Positions 63,941 through 64,000 of a stretch of DNA of 64,000 bases are shown here, in pieces (positions within the stretch are counted from its first letter, which is position 1; every line of letters begins with the position of its first letter). The position numbers and the translations under genes are program-made. Below the pieces are notes generated by a model that was not told the origin of the DNA, did not search any database, and worked only from the letters and a program-made list of their open reading frames with translations. The stretch comes from Felis catus. Its lineage: Eukaryota. The stretch covers positions 37,636,001 through 37,700,000 of the forward strand of contig NC_058368.1 of assembly GCF_018350175.1 (NCBI RefSeq), written 5' to 3'.

Positions 63941-64000
63941 GGGGGCGCCTGGGTGGCTCAGTCGGATGAGCATCCAACTTGGGCTCTGGTCATGATCTCA
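63941..64000 (+). mobile_element. CAN-SINE head, cut off by the window edge
   Basis: gggggcgcctgggtggctcagtcgg. Confidence 0.9.

Noticed and set aside
1..64000. CRISPR arrays, operons or other prokaryotic systems
   Set aside because: The sequence is mammalian; the recurring ~200-bp units are dispersed SINEs with TSDs, not repeat-spacer arrays.

Overview
Mammalian genomic DNA from a felid (cat family), judged by about 30 tRNA-derived CAN-SINEs of the feliform type and carnivore LINE-1s. The window is repeat-dense intronic or intergenic sequence with no recognisable multi-exon coding gene. All long ORFs come from L1 or low-complexity DNA. It contains a full-length but inactivated L1 (16563-22483, minus) nested in a SINE tail, several truncated L1s, MaLR/ERV LTRs, an ERV-L integrase fossil, a Tigger-type MITE and a tailless 5' half of tRNA-Gln(CTG). 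The most interesting signals are: (i) an 18-nt frame-preserving microexon candidate at 6251-6268 (minus) with the splice-site architecture of SRRM4-type neural microexons; (ii) an inverted SINE pair homogenised over 100 bp, suggesting gene conversion; (iii) three head-to-head SINE pairs inserted at palindromic TTTT/AAAA endonuclease sites; (iv) a ~210-bp locally templated insertion that preserves the pre-insertion state of a nearby solo LTR. Repeat subfamily names are from memory, and boundaries of old elements are approximate.
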